From positions 19,964,001-20,028,000 of the forward strand of contig JAQFVV010000001.1 in NCBI GenBank assembly GCA_028023455.1: 64,000 nt of DNA, written 5' to 3'. The notes under the pieces are model-generated. The model was not told the DNA's origin. It worked only from the letters and a program-made list of their open reading frames with translations, and did no database searches. Position 1 is the first letter of the stretch. Each line of letters opens with the position of its first letter. This document shows positions 35,460 to 48,000 of the stretch, piece by piece. Source of the stretch: Epiperipatus broadwayi. Taxonomy: Eukaryota; Animalia; Onychophora. A program made the position numbers and the translations under genes.

Positions 35460-38400
35460 ACAGAAAATCTTTCTTTGGAAATTATAAATCAAATATTAAT
35501 GATATTGTTTTTTCTTCAATCAGGAGCTAATTTGAAAAAGTTGACAATATGAAGAGTCATTTAAGTTCAAGCATTAAATTGCATATTAATAAAATAGTAT
35601 AGCCCAGTCAATATAAATGTAATAAGTTAAATTCTAATTTAGTACAGATTCAGGAAACCCCACATTAAGTAAAGGAAATTTCATTGCATTTAAATAAAAT
35701 ATTCTTATTTTAATTATTTTAAGTTTAAATAAAAATTATTTTATTTTGGATTTAAATAAAAATACTATTTTAACTTAGAAAATTTTTAAAAAAATACTTT
35801 TTAGTTTAATATTTTAGTGAGATAAAGGTGTTTATTTAATTAAACAAACCTTTAGACTACGTAAAAAACAATAAAATTACAAGTTATTAAATTAAGATTT
35901 TACATAACATAAATTGAAAATTAATGGTAAAAATTGATATCACATTATTCTGTTATTAGAATTGATGAATCTTAAAACAGTTTATTAACTTTGATTTGTA
36001 TTTAGGCTTTGTTATATATTTTATTTCCTTGTCTCAAAATTTTAGCTTGTTTAAAATAGAAGTGCGTTTACAATATATCCGTTTTTAAATACAATTTTTT
36101 TTTTAAAAAAAAAAAAAAAGGGAAGATAAATAACAAGAGCAGAAATTAGTTTGATTTCTTTTTTTCCCTTTGCCTGGATAATACTGATCATAACAGAAAA
36201 CCTATCTTCCAACTAATGCGCAACTAACAAGAATCTTTCCAAGGCACCAAAAAACTTTCCAAGCATTGTTAGTTTACATTTAAGAATTCATTCCTAGGTA
36301 TATAGAATCAGCTTATCAGAATGGTCTTCCTCCTTGAAGTGGCTAATTTAAGTCAACCATGTACCAATCACATAAATGTATAATTTTTCAATGACGTATA
36401 TTTCAAATACATTGAAACTTATTATGACCCAGTGAACAGTTCAAACACAAGTGGAAGCCTAATGATGACAGACTATTTAAAAAACAACTAAGGATCTTAC
36501 AGAATCCTCCAACATCAACTGCGACTTCAAATTTCTATACAAAGTTCTTCTAAATTAAAATAAAAAGACAAAAACCAATTTAAAATAAATATTTTATCAT
36601 CACTGATGAACTTGACTAATTACTATTTAAAGACTGATCTAAAGTAATTAAAATATAATCATTTTAATTTATAGATATTTTAGAAACTTGATTTAATTCT
36701 AAAAAGAACTTTCTTTTACCTGTGGACTAATATTGTTATCTATTTCATCATCATTTCTTAGTTAATATTTTTATTCACTTTAAATTAACCAATATTATAT
36801 AGATTATATTTCATATTGTTTTAAAAAGAGATAATAATTTGCGAAAGCTAAACTCCACAGCTGAGTTATTTTAAAATATTTAATCAGACTTAATAGTTTA
36901 GTTCTCACAAATCCTTGTAATAATTTTTTTCAATTATTAATACTATCAGATTTTAAATACTATATTTTGTTTTTAAAAAAGATGAGGAAAAAAATAATAA
37001 ATTTACTGGTAGCCTGCTGAAGTTGATACTAGAATGACCTTTATTTTATTAATTTGTTTCGATAGACTTCACGCATTACTTGAAAGTTTGAACAGATTAA
37101 ATTTGTTTAACAATATATATAATAAAATGTTAATATATTCCAAATAGCGGTAAATAAAATAAATTTCAATATAAACTTTAATCAATATTAATACTTTCAC
37201 TTACATTAATAAACCTAAGTTATTATATAAAAGAGTATTGAAGATAATTCAAAGAGATAAAAAGAATAAAAGTGACTCATTTACAGAATCAGTGTTTTAT
37301 GATCATGATAGAAATTGATTTTGATATGAAAAGAATTAAGATTTTAAATCAAGAAAGAAATAATGAAAAAGGAAAAATTAAAGAGCCAATTTTTATTAAT
37401 CGTTATAAAAATACGATAATAAACAGATAATCAATGAATATTAACATTAGTGAATTATGGGACATGTAAATCCATATGTGTTTTCCGGTTGTTGCTCTTT
37501 TACTCCATTTCAAAATTAAGGCAGTTTGATTAAAAATGATTATGAATATAATTGAAAGAATTGCTATTGATTAAACTTTATATTGGAATTTATTTTGGTA
37601 TTTACCATTATTTGGAATATATTTACATTTTATTACAATATATTATTAGGGCGAACATTTATTGTATTATACATTTATTGTATTTATTGTGTTATATACA
37701 TATATGTTACCAGTGTATACTGTAATGGGGTTATTGGCATCCTTAAACATATTTAAGTATGCAAATTTAAATTGCAAATATAAATGAAGAGAAAAATCAA
37801 TATTATATGTATTTAATTAAAATTACCTAAAATCAAAATTAAACAAGACTAGCCAAAATAAAAAAATTAATTAAAAATTCTATAGCCCAACCAATGGTTT
37901 CCCTGACAAAACAGATTTCTCAAGCACAAAGTACTAAAATATTATTATATGTATTTAATAAAGTATTTTAATAATTGACACACCTTATTTTATAGATATA
38001 TTTTGATGCTCACCCACAACTATCTATACTTTGGATTTTAAAGTATAAATTTTATTAGAGCTAATTATTTGCATGAATATAATTTTAAAGATCTTGGCAT
38101 GGTAATAAATACATATTGTTAAGGATATATAATGGTGTATTATTTGTATGTGTGACTATGATAAGATGATTGATTGGAGTCAATGCTAATATTGCCTGCT
38201 AACTAAAATATATGCACACATACCAAACTTTATTATGCATAATCAATATGTATTAATTAAATAGCTGAAATTATTGATTTACTATTGAAACTTCATCCAT
38301 GATAGTACTTAGAAATATATTAGAAATGTTATGTAAGTATATACATGACCTAAGATTTAGAATTAGTCTCACTGAGGTATTTTTATATAAACAGATTAAA

Positions 38401-38540
38401 TAGCTGTTAAATTATCCTTGTAAAGTTATAAAATATTATAATTAAAAATTATTATATAGTATAAATATAACTTAATAGATAACTTTTATTACTCACTACT
38501 ATTATTGTTAACATCATTATCTAGATCTCCATGATTTAGC
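35460..38540 (+). repeat. Segmental duplication, copy B
   Basis: Direct, collinear, diverged copy of 28900-33540 without the LTR-like insertion. Its left end abuts the Gypsy remnant. Confidence 0.85.
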
Positions 38541-38571
38541 AGTGATAAATTAAAGCTAGTAGTGGTTGATG

Positions 38572-39055
38572 ACTTGGTATAGATTTTTGATTAAATATCC
38601 TAACATAAATTATAATGTTCCTATATAAAAATCAGTGATTAAACATTTAATGAAGGCTAATTCTAGTGGTAAATGTAATGAAACCTTTTAATGATGAATG
38701 CTGGCCATATTTGCAAACTCTTGGCTAACTATTGCAATTTCTTATTAAGAGATTTCACTGCAGTGAAATTTACAACAATATGGAGTAAGCCAAATAATCA
38801 CTTTAGATAATTTAAACTATCAATAAACAATATGGCAAAAAAAAAATCTACTGTTAGAATAAAACTGATATTAAAGTATATAAATATGCTAAATCTGAAT
38901 AAGCATACAAGTAAGTTGGCTTGAGTTCAAAGCCTTAGAATTGTTTTTAATTCATGATATGGAAGACTTTATATAGATCTATGATTAAATGTCCTCACCA
39001 ATAAATGATTACCTTCCTATATAAATATTAGTGATAAAACTAATGAAAGCTAATG
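38572..39055 (+). repeat. Diverged ~90-bp direct repeat (38572-38662 and 38965-39055)
   Basis: Shared GACTT..TATAGAT...TGATTAAAT.TCCT...TTCCTATATAAA...AGTGAT.AAAC..AATGAA.GCTAAT. Confidence 0.7.
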
Positions 39056-39649
39056 TTTTAAGTAAAACATTCTAGATGGTAACAGGCAGAATGTAACTTG
39101 AGAAAGAGGATTAAATAGTATAATAACCTGGTAACCATTGATTATTTAAATTTACAAATGATGATATTAAAGTAGAGATGGTTTATAATATTCTAATACA
39201 CTAAAAAAATCAAATAATGTTGTGTTGATATAAATGATGAATTATTATCTATATCCTAAAAAAGCAGCTGAAAAAACAAAAAAATTATTTTCAAAACTAT
39301 ATATAAAATGCCTAAATGAAAAATGTGTAATAGATAATTATAACAATGCAACAATGATATTGAATAAAATATTAGAAACTACAGACTAACTACTCTCCTA
39401 TTACTTCTATACAAAATCTTTACTAAAATCATTACAATTCATCATACAGTACTTTAAATTCTAACTAATCAAACAAAGATCTGCATTTTAAAGTAGTTAT
39501 GTAAAGCATTAACATAAACTATAAAAAGGAAAAATGAGTTTGAGTTACAATTATGTTTTGAATTTTTTTCTTAGTTGAATGGTTTTATTGTTTAGAAATT
39601 CACAAGATGTTTTAGCACTGGTTGGTACAGAAAAAACCTGGAATCATAG

Positions 39650-40600
39650 TGTGGTAATCAATTTGTTAGGCATTATGGTTATAGTATTTAAAGCTTTGGA
39701 ATACCACAGACTAAATACAGGAAATAGTCAAACTCTAAACAATATTTATTAAAATATAGCATCAGCAATAAATGGTGTGATGATCCTATGAAGATTAATA
39801 TTAAAAAATGTATTTATCACAGTGATTCCATATCATCAAAAAAAATCCTCTTTAGTTTTATATTATTTAGATCATTTAGATTTTAAAATCATGATTATTA
39901 TTACTGCAATATTCAATTTCCAGGGGGTGTTATAATAGCTACCAAAAGGAAGCAAGATAGTAAGACTAATATTAAATGATAAAAAATATTAATGTTCAGA
40001 ATGATTTATAATTAAAAAAAGAAAAGAAAGATTGATAGTAATGAATTAGAATAAATTATTGATGACAAATATTTTGGTGAGATTATTAATATACATATAA
40101 ATATAATGGATAAAAGTAGTTATATAATTATACTTGGATTGAGTTGCTTTTAATGGAAATAATTTAATAATAGACAAAAATATGATTTTCTGTTGAAAAG
40201 GAAGTTTTAAGAAATATGAATTACTACTGCTTTTTGTATAGGTCTTAGACATTGATGCTTAATAAAAGAGAATATAAAGATTTCAAACTACACAGTAAAA
40301 TAAAACAATAAATGGTGAAAATAAAAGATTAAAAATAAAATACATTGATGAGAGATCAAAAAGTTATCCTTAATGTCATTAAAAGATTTAAAAGATTAAA
40401 GTGTATATGTGTTGAACATTTGCTAATGAAAATGGGCAATAAATTGCTAAATAAAATCTTAAATAAATCTCAAAAAAAATCTTAAACTGAATCCCAAGGA
40501 ATTGTAAAAGATTAAAAAATATCATGAATGTACACAATAAAAGATATGGATTAAAAAACTGAATTAAACTTGGATAAATAATTTATCCTTTAATGAATTA
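39650..40600 (+). mobile_element. Decayed RTE-clade LINE reverse transcriptase and C-terminus
   Basis: Fragments IKKCIYHSDSISSK (cf. IKKGVRQGDSISPK), IDDKYFGEII (cf. YKYLGQII), LKRK followed by a YG-like block, and KRLK...HLL.MGNKLLNKILN (cf. RLKWAGHV.RM). All are interrupted by stops and frameshifts. Confidence 0.6.
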
Positions 40601-40639
40601 ATAATAGATTAAAATTATGATATTTTTAAAACTTCCAAT

Positions 40640-40830
40640 ATCATATCATCAATCATTTTCAATCATTGTCAATCCACTGCAAAAAAAGGTCTCTCCAAGT
40701 TCAATCCATCTTTTCTAATCTCTAGGCTCCATCCATCCCACATGTGATCTCTTTCTAGGTCATTTACAATTTCTTGAAATCCAGCCTGAAATTTCAATTC
40801 TCCACCTATTTTGTTCATTTATAATTGTTC
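40640..40830 (-). mobile_element. 5'-truncated RTE 3' tail
   Basis: Minus strand reads ...TTGGAGAGACCTTTTTTTGCAGTGGATTGACAATGATTGAAAATGATTGATGATATGA, resembling the RTE end CAGCAGTGGA...(TGA)n. Confidence 0.5.
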
Positions 40831-41851
40831 TCATGAAAATTATATTTTATTAAAATAATAACTTTACCCCAAATATTTTTAAATAGTACATATAAAGCAG
40901 AAAAAATGTTCTATATTTCTTACAATACCAGACCAAACCACTTTCATGCTATTTTCCAAAATTTGTGATAGTATGTAGGGATTTCCCTTGTCATTGTGGA
41001 AAATCTGATTAAAACCATATATATATAACATTAACCAAGTTATAATAAAAATCATAAAAATAGCAAGGATCCAGATTAAATTTAAAATATAATATAAAAA
41101 AATGTCAACAGCAAAAGAAGTAATTTAATACATGTATATTGTAATGATAACAGGTTTAAAACACAAGATTATTTGATTATTACAATACTTATGGTTACAG
41201 TTTGATTATTATTATTATTACTATTATTTCATATTATATCTTTATTAGATTTATTAACTTTCTACATTTGTTAACTGACTGCATATCTCTATCAATGTAT
41301 TGAACTGTTAATGCTCTGACAATTTACATTATGTATTGTTTAAAATAAAAAAACATTATTATTTATATTCATATTTGTACCCCAGTGATCACAAATTCAA
41401 GCAGAGAGGTGGAATATTACTAATAGATTAACTATTAATGACCCCTATGACCAGATCAAGGTTACACAAATGCACAGTCTCAACCATTTTTCCTGATCAT
41501 AGCACTGTTCCATACTGCTGTCACAGCACCAATCATGCAAAGGAATTCATTTGTTTTGGGATAAATCTCAGGTGCCATTCAGATATATATACTTTATATA
41601 GACAGTATGCTCAGATAAAAGGCAAACAAACCCAGCAATTAAAACTTACTCAGGCTAGCTCCAATATCTAAAACAAGGGAGCCAGGACATTAATGACAAG
41701 TTCATATTAATAATTTATAATCATATAATCAGGGTGATGCAGTTAAAAGAGAAAAAGTAGACCAAGCAATATTTAAATAAACACTTTTTATTCCTACGCA
41801 CACACCAATCAATTAAATATTTCAATAACATATATATATACACACACACAA

Positions 41852-42017
41852 TTCAATAAAATACATTTACAATAATTATTGTAGAATAAGTTATCATTTA
41901 TAATATTGATAACCTTTCCTTTTAATAATCACACATGTACACCATCCAATAAAATACATGTACAATAATTATAGTACATTAAGTATCATTTATAATATTA
42001 ATTACCATTCCTTTTAT
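41852..42017 (+). repeat. Diverged tandem duplication, period ~95 bp
   Basis: CAATAAAATACAT.TACAATAATTAT...TATCATTTATAATATT...TTCCTTT occurs twice. Confidence 0.8.
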
Positions 42018-45000
42018 AGTCCATTTACTCTTAATAATGTCTAGATTGTTAAAAAGTGACAAACATTTTGATATAATTTCCACTCCAGCATTTTGTCTAT
42101 TTGGGCTTTGACTTCCCTCTATATTAGTGGGGAATAGGGTAGGCCCTGGCCTGGTATAGCTGGTCCTTCATAAGCGTTATCATGTGCTCATAGTCTTGTA
42201 TTACCCCAAGAACATCAGAAAAATACTTTCATATCTGTTTAATACCTGTTCTAGCATCTTTTCTGATCAATTTAATAGTAATATTTTATAAAGAATTTAC
42301 AAAATGAATAAGGCAAAAATATAATTTATTCCTTATATTCAATACATATATATGTATGTATCTATGTATACATTGAATAAAATAAATAATTGATAAATTT
42401 TATCATGTAATTAATTATGTAGATGATATAATTATAAATAATAATAATAAAAACTATAAATTTTATTAGAAAAAAATGAACAAAAAAAGATATAACGCAA
42501 AGATCACTAATATGAAAAAAACCATGAATTACACAAAACATACAAAAAAAATGTAGGAATGCAAAACGAAAGACTTGACAAACAATTTTAAATCACATCA
42601 GCAAAGTACAAAATATGTAACCTTATCTGATAAAATCAAAATTATTAAGTAATAATTATAAGTGAAAGGTATATGACTATGGATGCCGTGTGACATTCAG
42701 ATTGATTTTTGATATAAAGATCTTTAGTTCTTAAGTTAATTTTTTTTTTTCTATTACACAAATTCATGCAGGGCAAAGTCATTAAATCAAACAGCATTTA
42801 AATGATAGCCAGAAAACAGTTTACTTTAAGGGATTTACTTGGAAATGGGAATGCATATAAATCTGGGATATATATAATCAAAAAGATAAAATAAATCTCC
42901 ATCATTTTGAAATTGACAGCATATGTTGATACTTCCATGCACACACAAAAAAGAAAGTTATATTTTACATAAGAAAAAAAAAACTCAGTTAACTATATTC
43001 AAAACTGAAATAACATTTAACTCCTTTTGAAAAACAAAACAGGGATTTTTTTTTTTTAATTCTTTGATATTATAGTGGGAAAATCATGCCAGAGATATTC
43101 ATGGGTTAGTTTTGTGAAGATGTGCTTTGGGAAAAATAATTTAGGCAAACTAAGTACAAAATTCTGCAACAATATTATTTCTAATTTAACAGTCCATAAA
43201 GAACACTCATAATTTAATATTTAGTATTGTGTTATATTTTTTAGTTAATATCGATGAAACAATATTCTTGTATTTCTTTCATTCTCCTTATAATTATAAT
43301 AATCATTTAAGTGAGTAAACTGGTTATTCAATGAAGTATTTTGGGAGGAAAATTATTGGGATACTTTTTCATGAAATGAGTAATTTTTGTAAGACTTAAA
43401 TTATCTTTTTATTTAAATAATAACTGTTTTGATAAGATTTGAAGTAGCATTCGAAAAAAAATGGTTCACTCTCGATCAATTTGCTGATAATGTAGCAGTG
43501 AAAATTAAAGAATTTTCTAAGTAACATTGATGAATTTAAAATAAAAATTAAAAAAATAAAATAAAATAAATCTGATATAAAATTTTGTGGCGGATTTAGA
43601 TAGAGTTAAGAAAAAGAATATTGTAAATGTTTTGGTTGTAAACAACAAAATTTTCAACCAATAAAAGCCCACACCTGAAATAAAAAAAGAGATGAATAAA
43701 TGAGATGTTGAAAGAATAATTTTAACATTGAAAAAAGGTTTTTTTTTTTAAAAAAAAAAAAAAAAAGTACATAAGAAAGACGATATTTTTGATAGGTAAG
43801 AAAATTTTAATTGGTCAAGTATATACTTAACAATAAGAAAAAATATAAGTTCAAAATAACTTCAAAAAGTGAGAGAAAGAAAATAGTACAATAAATGGTG
43901 TGCTTAATAAAAATATGTTTGTAAAACAGTGTAAGAAACAGAATGTCTCTGAAAAGTCTGAATTGATTCTCAGACATATCTTTTAATAAATAAATAAGAA
44001 TTGATGTTGAATTTTATAACTATCAAATTTATAAAAAAAAAAAAAAAACATTAACTTTAAATATATATATTTCTTTTTTTTCCTTCTATTTAATTAAAAA
44101 ATTTCCGGCATAAAAATATTACAAACACTAAAAAAAAAAACTTTATTACTTTCAAAGATATCATTTTTCATTTGTAAATAATTAAAACATTTTTATAACA
44201 AAGTTTGAACAAACACTTAACTTTGATCTTACTATTTCAATTCAGGGTGTATTAATTAACAAAATAGCTAAGTTAATTATTGTTAATGCAGTTTTAAAAA
44301 ATTTCTTCATTATTAATTTCTGTAATATAAATCAACCAGAACATTTTAACAAAATGTATAACAATTTAAGTAAAATATTTAAAAAATTAGTTTTCAAGAA
44401 ACTATTCTAATATTATATACTGCTAATCTCATTTTTCAAAACATATAACTACATGGAATAAATACTTAATAGATCTCTAGTTATGCTAGATGGATAATTC
44501 AAAGTTGTTGAGTTTCTATTTGGTGACTATAAAGTAAAAACAATCATTTATGGAGATGGATAGGTGATCAGATAAATGATATATATATATATGGCTGAGT
44601 AGATAATAAATATATAAACAGTACCAAACCTTCATACAGTAGTACCATCCAGTGTCAAGTCTTAGTAATAATGGGTGCAGGAAGGTATGTGCATAAAATC
44701 CCCATCTAGTGCCTACTTATCCAATATCTTCACACTAGTTTTTAGTTTGGGACTTTCATCAGTGAGGAGTTTGTTTATAAAAATAGAAACAAACATATAG
44801 AAAGACACTCTTTTGCAATTTATACATTAAAAAAAGTGTTTTTAGTTAGATGGGGGGGGGGGGGCAGGATGGATTCATAAAAAAAAAGACATTTGTTATT
44901 TAATTAATTTAGATTTTATAAAAATAAAAATTGTTTACTAAATTACATTATATAATGTAATAGATTACAGAAAAGAATTGATATTAGTTTTTTCAATATT

Positions 45001-45798
45001 AGAAATTAATTATAGAAGAAAAAAACTCAAGTAATTGTAATGTGAAATCTAAGTTCAAAAGAGTAATCATTTGATTAATAAAATCAGTGAGACAAATAAA
45101 CACTGTTTTGAGGTTGGAATGTTTTGCTTACAAAAAGTTAAATTTTATGTACATGTTTTAAGCAAGACATTATTCACATAATAGATAAGGAATCCACATC
45201 CTAGACAAGATATTGAGTTTATAATATTAATGAAATACAAACCCAAAATAAATGCATGTATCAAGATTTTGTAAGATATTTTAATTAATATGTTTCTATA
45301 CATTGAGAATTTCTATTCAACTGTAATGAAATAGACCTAATTCAGGTGTATTAGCAACTTCAATTCTATCATAATATAACACTGGGAGAAATTATCACTC
45401 CAAAAATTGTCAGTCCATTAGTATTATTAAACACATTATCATTTTAAAATATTTCAAATAACAAGAATTTAATGATATATAAATTAGATAACTATTCACA
45501 TCACTAAATATTAGTATATGGAATTCCAAAAACAGGCTTTTTCATTTATTCAATAAAAATTATTTAGTATTATAAATAGTAATGGCTATAAAAATACAAA
45601 AGGTAATGGGTTTCGATAAAAAAAAATGTTTTAGCTTACATAAATACTATAAATAATCTGAAGCATGTAAAAATACATTCTGGTGTGGATTTTTTTATCA
45701 GTTTTCCAGTTAACAAAAAGTAAAGGACTTTATACAAAAAAAAAGTATTGTGACTTGTAAAATAATTATAATTATTGGTCCATTGTACATATATATAT

Positions 45799-47320
45799 TG
45801 TAATGGAGTGAACCTTTCTCAGTATTGAAGCAATGGATCTGTAGGCCAGATCCATGCTTCATGACTTTCTAGATTGCTAGACTAGGATCGAACCAGATCC
45901 ACGTGTGTAATGATGTTTATAAAATTTTCCATCTGCCATTTTATATACATTTAATTTTGAGACCAGCTAATAAGTAAATAAAATATCAATTTTCTATTTA
46001 AAATGTTTTTATTATAAATATTGGAGGGACCCAGATATATATATAGATATATATATATATATATATCTATATATATATATGTGCAAATATATATATATAT
46101 ACAACTACAGATGGAAACTTTTATAAAAATCAATAAATAATTTTTAATATGCTATTTTTTTAAGTATTTTATTCTAGAGATTTACTTTTTCATGATAAAC
46201 CCTGCTAACATTCTTTAGCGTAAAATAAAAGAAAGTCCATTAACAAAATAGTAATGGAAGTTCTAATTAAATTAAAAGTAAAACTGAAAAGATATTTGAA
46301 ACCAAAAATTCTTCAAATCTACATTAAATTAAAAATAGATTTGAAACAATAAAATCATTGGTTTTATTGGGAGAGTGGATCTTAAGAATACAATACAAAA
46401 TATTTTAGATCGATAATTGCAGTCACCGGAATTTTAACATATCCACTTAGCCTTGGGTGAATGAAAAAGGGAATTTCCCAAAAATATTCTGAAAGGATAT
46501 AAATAGCCCAAGAGAACAATAGAGGTCAGCCAGTCATAGTTTTTGTTCAGTGAGTGCATGGCAAATCCATGTCAGTTAAATTCTAAAATAGGTATAGAGA
46601 TGTCTACAAGTATGGTAGTGGGGTAGATGGCCTTTAATCTGCCCATTTCTCCATTTGTCCCAAGTATGATCACCAAAATACCATAAACTGGAGAAACTTC
46701 ATCAAAATGTTTAAATGTTGGACTGCTGAACTATTGAACTCTTAAATTAAACTCATAGCTAGCTATGGCTGTGCAGAAATTTTATTTCAATGTGGGATCT
46801 AAAAATTTCCAGAAGTAACTCAGAATAAATTAGGTAATATGTTTTCAATTGTTTATTTCTAACCAACTGATTTATTCTTCCAACTCCAGTTGACCTGATA
46901 ATGTGATTTCACTATCTTTAAATGTCTTCTTAAATGAAATTCCTCTTAATTTAATGTAACTGTTTAATTAACTAAATTCTGTAACCTTGACTTGCTATAA
47001 TTTAAATTTAATGTCTCTACTCTAACTCTATCTGTCTTAAAATTATGCCACTAATGCTAAACTTTTCTCTTAGAGTGGTTCAGAAAGAGTATTATTATTA
47101 TTTACTTTTGAATATATTTGTTTAAATTTATATATGTCTGCTTTAAAATAATCTATATGCCAATCTGTTCCATCTTGACAAAAGTTTTATAATTAAATAT
47201 TTTTGCTTCCTATTTCCTGACCAACGTCTGTTGGTAAATAAATAACTTTTTTGCTCTAAATGATTCTTACTTAGAGCACCCTTTTTGTCAAGATGAAATA
47301 ATTTTATATTACCTTATATA
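45799..47320 (+). mobile_element. Older LTR-like element
   Basis: Begins ATAT|TGTAATGG and contains TATAAATA at 46498 with TCAGC at +30 (A at 46528). Right end not resolved. Confidence 0.45.
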
Positions 47321-47499
47321 TTTTGAAATATTTTATGCATATATGGTTTAGTTTTGGGGGAGACACTAGGTCAAGTATGAGATTTTATTTAATTATATTA
47401 TTTCATTTTTAAAGAAGGAAAGGGAGGGAGTTTAGAAAGTTTCTTCTTAATAAACAGTAAGAGAGAGTATAAATGTTTAAATTTAAAATATTGGTGGAA

Positions 47500-48000
47500 T
47501 TTTGTTTTGAGAGAAGAGACGTGTCACCCAGAAAATGATATTCGTAATAATCTTAATGCTTGTTTTATTCTTGTTGATCCAATCATGGTCAATCTGTATA
47601 CTCAATATAATCTTTAATGGCTCAGTACAATTTTCATATTTAATTTTAATATATGTTTTTCCAGTACTTGTATTTTGCCTTGCCAGCATTTTGCTTGATC
47701 GCTTGTTTTGTTCTTTGTAATTGCTAAATCAGAATTAGTCCATGTGATAGTTTCACTGGCTATGAATTTTTTTATCAGGATATAAAAAATAAAATTGGGA
47801 AAATCCAGGGCAAGCTGAGCTTAGCTAGCCTTGGTGATTCCCATTCTTCCACTTGAAATATCTTGAGGTTTGCTAATGGCACAGACCATTTGTTTTTATT
47901 TCTTGCCATCACTAGAATGGGACAGGAAATTGAGTCTATGCTGGTTGTGTAATACCAAATGCTAGGTCTGTCAAGTTTCTTTTGCTTCTGAGCACATCAT
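47500..48000 (-). mobile_element. Possible decayed LINE fragment (endonuclease-RT linker)
   Basis: Minus-strand ITWTNSDLAI and KAKYKYWKNIY resemble the PWW...L and AK...W linker motifs. GC is locally elevated. Confidence 0.3.
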
